From Candidatus Bathyarchaeia archaeon (GTDB taxonomy: Archaea > Thermoproteota > Bathyarchaeia > Bathyarchaeales > Bathycorpusculaceae): a stretch of 64,000 nt of DNA. The position numbers and the translations under genes are program-made. This document shows, in pieces, positions 58,633 to 64,000 of the stretch. The notes under the pieces were generated by a model. That model was given only the letters and a program-made list of their open reading frames with translations, ran no database searches and had not been told where the DNA came from. Within the stretch, counting starts at the first letter, position 1, and every line of letters starts with the position of its first letter. Location: assembly GCA_050010515.1 (NCBI GenBank), contig JBEKKX010000011.1, positions 1-64,000 of the forward strand, written 5' to 3'.

Positions 58633-60210
58633 GTGGCAATTTTGTCAGCAGATTTAGCATTCATTAACGCAAACGTTAGGACCATGGACCCAAGTCAGCC
58701 TGTTGCTCAAGCAGTGGCAATAAAGAAAAACAAAATCGTCAAAGTAGGCACAAACCAAGAGGTAAACCAGTTAATTGGCAAAGGCACAAAAGTCATCAGC
58801 CTAGACGGGAAAACAGTGGTTCCCGGCTTAATTGACACTCACATACATGTGGCAGACTTTGGCAGATGCCTGTTATGGCTTGACTTAACCAGCGCAGAAT
58901 CAATTAAGGAACTGCAAAGCCTCCTAAAAGAGAAGGCAAAGCAAACGACTGCTGGGAAATGGATAATCGGCCGCGGATGGAACCAGAATCGCTTCAAAGA
59001 AAAACGCTTACCCAATCTTTCTGATATAAACGTAGCTGCACCAGAGAACCCGGTAATTCTATACCATGAATCAGCAATGATTTGTGCCGTAAACAGCAAA
59101 ACCTTAGCTTTAGCTGGCGTGACAGGGCAAACAGCTGTGCCTTCAGGCGGAACCATTGACAAAAACCCGCCGACAGGTGAGCTTACGGGCATTTTACGGG
59201 ACAGTGCCACGAACCTAGTTTGGCAAGTAGTTCCTGAACCCACTGAAAACGAGCTTTTGGATGCTGCAGTATTAGCTTGTCAAAAAATAGCGGAAGCAGG
59301 AGTAACCAGCGTGCACTGGCTGGTGCTCTCTGAGAATGAGCTTTCGATAATTCAGAAGCTTCATGCAGAGGGAAAGCTTCTGGTCAGGGTTAACGTGATA
59401 GTTCCTGACGTGCTCTTAAAAGAAACTATCGGTTTCCAGTCAACTGACAGTTTAATGTTGCATGTTGGCGGCGCTGTAATTGCTACAGACGGGTATTTAG
59501 ATTCTAAAACAGCCGCATTGTTGCAGCCCTACAGCGATGACCCAAATAACAACGGCAGATTGCTCTGCACTCCGGAGGAATTGGCGGTTTCTGTCACGCG
59601 GGTTTTAGGAGTGGGTCTTCAGCCAGTTATACATGCCATGGGCGACAAGGCTGTGGATACAGCACTAAGAGTAATCGAGCAAACTGCATCTGCCAACGGT
59701 GTTCGCTTTCGCATAGAGCAAGCAGCGGTTCTAAACAAAGAATTAATCAAGCGTCTGAAAGCCCAAAAAGTCGTGGTTACGGTTCAGCCCAAAGTTATCG
59801 CTACAGAATTCGCCGTTTGGTCAGCCACAGAGCGTCTTGGTGAAAGGGCAAAGTGGTTGCATCCGCTCAAAACCCTGCTAAAAGAGGGCGTGAAGGTTGC
59901 TGGTGGCTCCGACTGCCCCATGGAGCCCCTAAGCCCGTTGCTTGGTATGCAAGAAGCTGTGCTGAGAGCAAGTTTTCCTGAACAGCGCTTAACCGTTGAG
60001 GAAGCTTTGCGCATGTACACGGTTGATGCCGCCTACTGTTCTGGTGAGGAAAACGTTAAGGGCTCAATTGAGGATGGCAAGCTAGCGGATTTAACGGTTT
60101 TATCAAGTGACCTGTTGGCTGTTCCAACGAATGAGATTGAAGATGTTAACGTAGAAATGACAATTATAGACGGAAAAGTTGCTTATTCCAAGCGCTCACT
60201 AAGTTGCTAG
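58633..60210 (+). CDS. YtcJ-like metal-dependent amidohydrolase (amidohydrolase 3)
   Basis: PGLIDTHIH, GRGWNQ, TGILRD, DGYL, HAMGD, GGSDCP, GSIEDGKLADL. Confidence 0.9.
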   Translation: MAILSADLAFINANVRTMDPSQPVAQAVAIKKNKIVKVGTNQEVNQLIGKGTKVISLDGKTVVPGLIDTHIHVADFGRCLLWLDLTSAESIKELQSLLKEKAKQTTAGKWIIGRGWNQNRFKEKRLPNLSDINVAAPENPVILYHESAMICAVNSKTLALAGVTGQTAVPSGGTIDKNPPTGELTGILRDSATNLVWQVVPEPTENELLDAAVLACQKIAEAGVTSVHWLVLSENELSIIQKLHAEGKLLVRVNVIVPDVLLKETIGFQSTDSLMLHVGGAVIATDGYLDSKTAALLQPYSDDPNNNGRLLCTPEELAVSVTRVLGVGLQPVIHAMGDKAVDTALRVIEQTASANGVRFRIEQAAVLNKELIKRLKAQKVVVTVQPKVIATEFAVWSATERLGERAKWLHPLKTLLKEGVKVAGGSDCPMEPLSPLLGMQEAVLRASFPEQRLTVEEALRMYTVDAAYCSGEENVKGSIEDGKLADLTVLSSDLLAVPTNEIEDVNVEMTIIDGKVAYSKRSLSC

Positions 60211-60477
60211 TTAATGTGTTGCTTTGTTTTGTTCTGACTTGATTAGTTCAGCGGCTAATCTCCAAATGAAGAATCCAATGGCACTTGCAATAAACATCAA
60301 GATAGTGAAAGTGTCCGTTCTTAGCCAGAGAAAAAGATGCGAAACAGGCATTGCCAGCCACATTGGATCAACCAATTGTATCACTACTCCGTCGAGCCAG
60401 GCCAGCAAACCGTATAAAAACAGCACTTGACCAACAACTTTGGCAACAAGCAATATTCTATTAGAATCACTCGTCAT
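60211..60477 (-). CDS. small two-TM membrane protein
   Basis: 88 aa, two hydrophobic segments, PVSH...LRTD loop, TATA-like sequence upstream. Confidence 0.65.
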   Translation of the reverse strand: MTSDSNRILLVAKVVGQVLFLYGLLAWLDGVVIQLVDPMWLAMPVSHLFLWLRTDTFTILMFIASAIGFFIWRLAAELIKSEQNKATH

Positions 60478-60640
60478 GTCCCATTAAGAAACGAGAACAT
60501 TATTATAAAACTTGCGAGAAACAGCAAAACAATCTCAAGCGGCACCTTAAATCTCAAAAATGCTATAATTTTTAATACAACCTTTTTTGCTCGTTAGTTT
60601 ACTGTCCCACGCTCAAAGTTACCCTTTGATTTTCCATTGC

Positions 60641-62089
60641 TTATTTCATTTTGAGCAATATCTTGATAGTTTTTTTAGGATTTCGAATAGCCCTTAAAAC
60701 TTTGTCCCTTGTAAAAGTTGGATTCGCCAAATTAGCTCTTGCACATAATTCACGCAAATCATCCGCTGAAAACTCTGCTGTCTCAATTAACGGCTCAGTA
60801 GCCGCGAGCGCGTAGTCGCAAAAGCCTTCTCTTAGAAAACCTCCTTCTTTTGCCTGTTCGTATAATGGTGTTCCGTAAAGTGGCATAGCAATGCTGAATA
60901 TGAGGCTGTCAGCGCCTAAACTTCTAAGCTTATACGCAAACTTTATGGTCTCTTCGATGTCTGCTTTGGTTTCCCCAATCAACCCCAAAACGAAGAAACA
61001 GCCAACTTTTATGCCGACTTTTTTGCACATAACAACAGCTTGCTCAACTGTCTTCAAATCTAAATTTTTGCCAATAACGTCGTTCACAATGCGTTGCACT
61101 CCAGATTCAGGAGCGACACGAATCTTTTTGCAACCAGACCTCTTCATCTTTCGCAACAGCGGTTCATCAAGCGTGTCTGCCCTAACACCATTAGGCGTAA
61201 ACCAATCAACATGCAAGCCTCGCTCAACAATTAAGTCGCAAATATCAGCCATTCGTTTTTTATCCAGCGTCATGTTCTCGTCATAAAAATCGATCTGCTT
61301 AACCCCGTAAGTCTTCACTACATGCTCCAGTTCATCAACCACGTTTTTCGGGGTTCTGGCACGCCAAGTTCTACCCCAAACGATACAGGTTGTGCAGAAA
61401 ACACAGTTGTATGGGCAGCCTCTGCTCGTCGTCATGATAGTCCATGGTTTACTTATCTCGCCGCGCAACGGATTCTCCTTAACAGCTTCGTAGTAAACTT
61501 TCATTGGAAGCAAATGCCTAGCAGGAAACGGCAAAGAATCCATATCCTCAATTATAGCGCGCTTACCCGTGAGTACAGGGTTACCACTTTTCTTAAAGCC
61601 TAAACCATCTATGGTGGTGAAATCTTGCTTCCCTGACTCAAGAGCATCAACCAACTCCGAAATCGTATTCTCTGGTTCGCCGATAACAACAAAATCCACA
61701 TCAGAATCCGAAAGACAAGCTTCTGGTCTAGCTGAAGGATGCTGACCCATCAACACAACAGCAATCTTCTTGTTAACAGCCTTCACTGCGTAGACCACTT
61801 CAAACGCGGTTTTTGACCAACCCGAAAAGGGAATTTCAACAACAACAACATCAGGATTCCATTGCCCCACGCGTTCAGCAATGGTTTGAGCACTTAAACC
61901 AACACGGTACTTAGTTTCATCCATTTCCACAAGGTTCTTCCAGCCTTCCGTTGGAGCATCAATAACGCAAACACTATGCTTCTTTTCCAAAACAGCGGCG
62001 ACTGACGCTAAGACTATGGGTGGAAAAACGTTTGGTTTTCCCCAAGCTTTAGGCTGAATTCGCGGCGGATTAATTAAGCAAACACGCAT
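60641..62089 (-). CDS. cobalamin-binding radical SAM protein #4
   Basis: Start placed at MRVCLINPP; MGQH, IGEPE, SRGCPYNCVFC, YDEN, PNGVRAD, APESG. Confidence 0.9.
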   Translation of the reverse strand: MRVCLINPPRIQPKAWGKPNVFPPIVLASVAAVLEKKHSVCVIDAPTEGWKNLVEMDETKYRVGLSAQTIAERVGQWNPDVVVVEIPFSGWSKTAFEVVYAVKAVNKKIAVVLMGQHPSARPEACLSDSDVDFVVIGEPENTISELVDALESGKQDFTTIDGLGFKKSGNPVLTGKRAIIEDMDSLPFPARHLLPMKVYYEAVKENPLRGEISKPWTIMTTSRGCPYNCVFCTTCIVWGRTWRARTPKNVVDELEHVVKTYGVKQIDFYDENMTLDKKRMADICDLIVERGLHVDWFTPNGVRADTLDEPLLRKMKRSGCKKIRVAPESGVQRIVNDVIGKNLDLKTVEQAVVMCKKVGIKVGCFFVLGLIGETKADIEETIKFAYKLRSLGADSLIFSIAMPLYGTPLYEQAKEGGFLREGFCDYALAATEPLIETAEFSADDLRELCARANLANPTFTRDKVLRAIRNPKKTIKILLKMK

Positions 62090-62145
62090 GTGAACTGTGC
62101 ACTTCTTAACCAGAAATACCATAAAGCTGCGATTAAAACTTTGCA

Positions 62146-63135
62146 CTAAAACGGCAAAAAGAACAACCGCACACCCACAATGATGCCGACACACATCAGT
62201 GCCCACAAAACAATCGTCACATCCCTAATCCGCAAAGCACCCAAAATCTTGTCCCCAGTCAGCGGCTCCAAACTGTCCCCAAGAATGTACTGTCCAGGCT
62301 TCTCTAACTGAACACGTAATGCACCAGCCATAGCCGCCATTGGCCAACCATGGTTTCGGCTTGGCGTTTTCTTATGGTCTCTGCGGGCGATTTTCCACGC
62401 GTTTTTTGCGTCTTTGCCAAGGATTGCGGCAGCCACAATCATGAGCATGGCGGTGAATCTTGTCGGTATGTAGTTGACGACGGTGTCTAGGTTCGCGCTA
62501 AACCAGCCTGTGTTTATGTGTTCTTTATCTTTGAAGCCTACCATGCCGTCAAGCGTGTTTATGGCTCGAAACGCGATTGCTCCAGTAACGCCAAACAATG
62601 CGAATGATAGCATAGGTGAGAGTTTGAAGTCGATTAGGTTTTCAGCCATGGATTCGATGACCGCGCTGCTGATTTGTGAGCCATTTAGGTTTTTGGAGTC
62701 TCTTCTTGAGAAATGACTGTACATCTTTGCTTCATTAAGGTCATTTTCCTCTATGGCTTTGGCTGCGGCTTTTGCCCAATTAGTCTCAAGCTTAATGCAA
62801 ATCGTCATCTTCAATAGGATAATGCCGATGAAAGCGTAAACGAAGATGCTAATGTAAGTATAGATTGCCCATAAACCAAAATAAACTGGAAGCGTAAACG
62901 CACAAATTACCGTCAGCGCCAAGAGAACGCCTAGCAGTTTTTCGATTTTTGGGTCTGGATTTTTGAAGAAGGGCTCGATTTTTTTAGTAAATTTGCCCAT
63001 TAGAACTGTCGGGTGCAGCTTGAAAACCCACCTGTCAGGATAATTCGGTGAGGGGTCGCCAAGAACCAAATCTAACATTATAGCTAAAATCAGCACTGCA
63101 ATGGCGATTATTATGTTTAAGACGTTTAACACCAA
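62146..63135 (-). CDS. cbiB: adenosylcobinamide-phosphate synthase CbiB/CobD
   Basis: GDP...HP, SRRD, ESMAEN, RAINTLDGMVG, LDTVVNYIPTR, SRNHGWPMAAMAGAL. Confidence 0.93.
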   Translation of the reverse strand: MVLNVLNIIIAIAVLILAIMLDLVLGDPSPNYPDRWVFKLHPTVLMGKFTKKIEPFFKNPDPKIEKLLGVLLALTVICAFTLPVYFGLWAIYTYISIFVYAFIGIILLKMTICIKLETNWAKAAAKAIEENDLNEAKMYSHFSRRDSKNLNGSQISSAVIESMAENLIDFKLSPMLSFALFGVTGAIAFRAINTLDGMVGFKDKEHINTGWFSANLDTVVNYIPTRFTAMLMIVAAAILGKDAKNAWKIARRDHKKTPSRNHGWPMAAMAGALRVQLEKPGQYILGDSLEPLTGDKILGALRIRDVTIVLWALMCVGIIVGVRLFFLPF

Positions 63136-63317
63136 CCAAGAGTTACCTAAGCATTGCTTTTCGAGATATTTGGATAAACAGTTTATATCAATTGCGGTTT
63201 TCAGCGCTGTAAAGAAGATTTGGATTTTTCAGCTTGCAAGAAAGCCTTGGAATTTCAGTGCTTAGAGCAATCTTTTCCGACGCTGAAGCATGAGGTTTTA
63301 GGTTTTGCAGCCTTTTG

Positions 63318-63998
63318 CTATTTTCTTCTAAGCTTTAGCTTAATATCTGCTACGAGATTCACGCCTATGATTATTGCCGTAGACAGCTTAAACCTTCTTC
63401 TTTTGTCAAAGAAGAATGCCCTGCGCAGATAAAAATGGTGAAACGCACCTTCACGTAGTTTCCCAAGATCTTTCATGCTTAGCTGGGGTGTCTCAAAAAT
63501 CGGTTTTGTCGTATCGTACTTGTCAAAGTCGGTTACTCTCAACCATCCTTTCTCCGTGACCGAGTCGTACATTGGTGTTCCAGGAAAAGGCGTGGCTACA
63601 TTGTAGAAACCTACGGCGTCGGGAGATATTTTCTCCACAAACTTGATGGTTTTCCACGCGCTTTCCTTTGTCTCGCCTGGAAAGCCAAGAATAACGTTTG
63701 GAATAGGCTTCAAACCCAGCTCTCTCACCCAACCGAAAACTTTCGTGGTTAGTTCAGGCGTGATTCCTTTTTTCATGGCGTCTAAAACCTGTTGCGAGCC
63801 AGATTCAACTCCGAACCACACTGAGATACATCCAGCCTCCTTCATCTTCGCAAGCAACTCTTTTGTTAGCATGTCAACGCGTGTGCCACAGTTCCATTCG
63901 ATTTTCAATCCGCGCTTTAGGATTTCATTGCAAAGTGCCTCAGTTCTTGGCTGGTCTACCGTAAAAGCGTCATCACAAAATGTAAATGTGCTAATGCT
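63318..63998 (-). CDS. cobalamin-binding-type radical SAM protein #5, 5'-partial
   Basis: Frame is open to the window end (FCDDAFTV...WNCGTRVD...GVESGS...ATPFPGT). Close paralog of 28876..30261; its B12 domain lies outside the window. Confidence 0.85.
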   Translation of the reverse strand, partial: SISTFTFCDDAFTVDQPRTEALCNEILKRGLKIEWNCGTRVDMLTKELLAKMKEAGCISVWFGVESGSQQVLDAMKKGITPELTTKVFGWVRELGLKPIPNVILGFPGETKESAWKTIKFVEKISPDAVGFYNVATPFPGTPMYDSVTEKGWLRVTDFDKYDTTKPIFETPQLSMKDLGKLREGAFHHFYLRRAFFFDKRRRFKLSTAIIIGVNLVADIKLKLRRK

Positions 63999-64000
63999 GC

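Noticed and set aside
62090-62206. N-terminal extension of B12 radical SAM #4
   Set aside because: It overlaps cbiB, and paralogs begin at the equivalent of MRVCLINPP.

Overview
Archaeal chromosomal window; gene content and style suggest a Bathyarchaeia-like genome (inference, not verified). It has four parts. (1) 1-3 kb: mvhG followed by an mvhA that is cut off after about 105 codons, then small ORFs and remnants. (2) 3-15.4 kb: a dense polyphosphate locus with ppk1, ppk2, ppx/gppA, a CYTH protein, two copies of a CHAD-metallophosphoesterase-HD fusion and two GIY-YIG-like proteins with lysine-rich tails. It is built from a duplicated module whose first ppk1 copy has decayed. (3) 16-28 kb: housekeeping and cofactor genes (GPN GTPase, RidA, bacterial-type metK, CinA-like, EF-hand HtpX, AsnB-like synthetase plus nitrilase, cbiZ flanked by two paralogous CxCxxC proteins, a TA-like trio). 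(4) 28.9-64 kb: a cluster of five cobalamin-binding radical SAM enzymes, two SPASM radical SAMs and a HemN-like radical SAM. These are interleaved with a cap-less corrinoid protein plus MtrH-like methyltransferase, an orphan RnfD-ferredoxin fusion, two GT-C glycosyltransferases, four membrane-anchored PQQ-type beta-propeller proteins and cbiB. Non-coding signals include an exact 10-bp-period 8-copy repeat and a 118-bp MITE with target-site duplication. No rRNA, tRNA or CRISPR array was seen.
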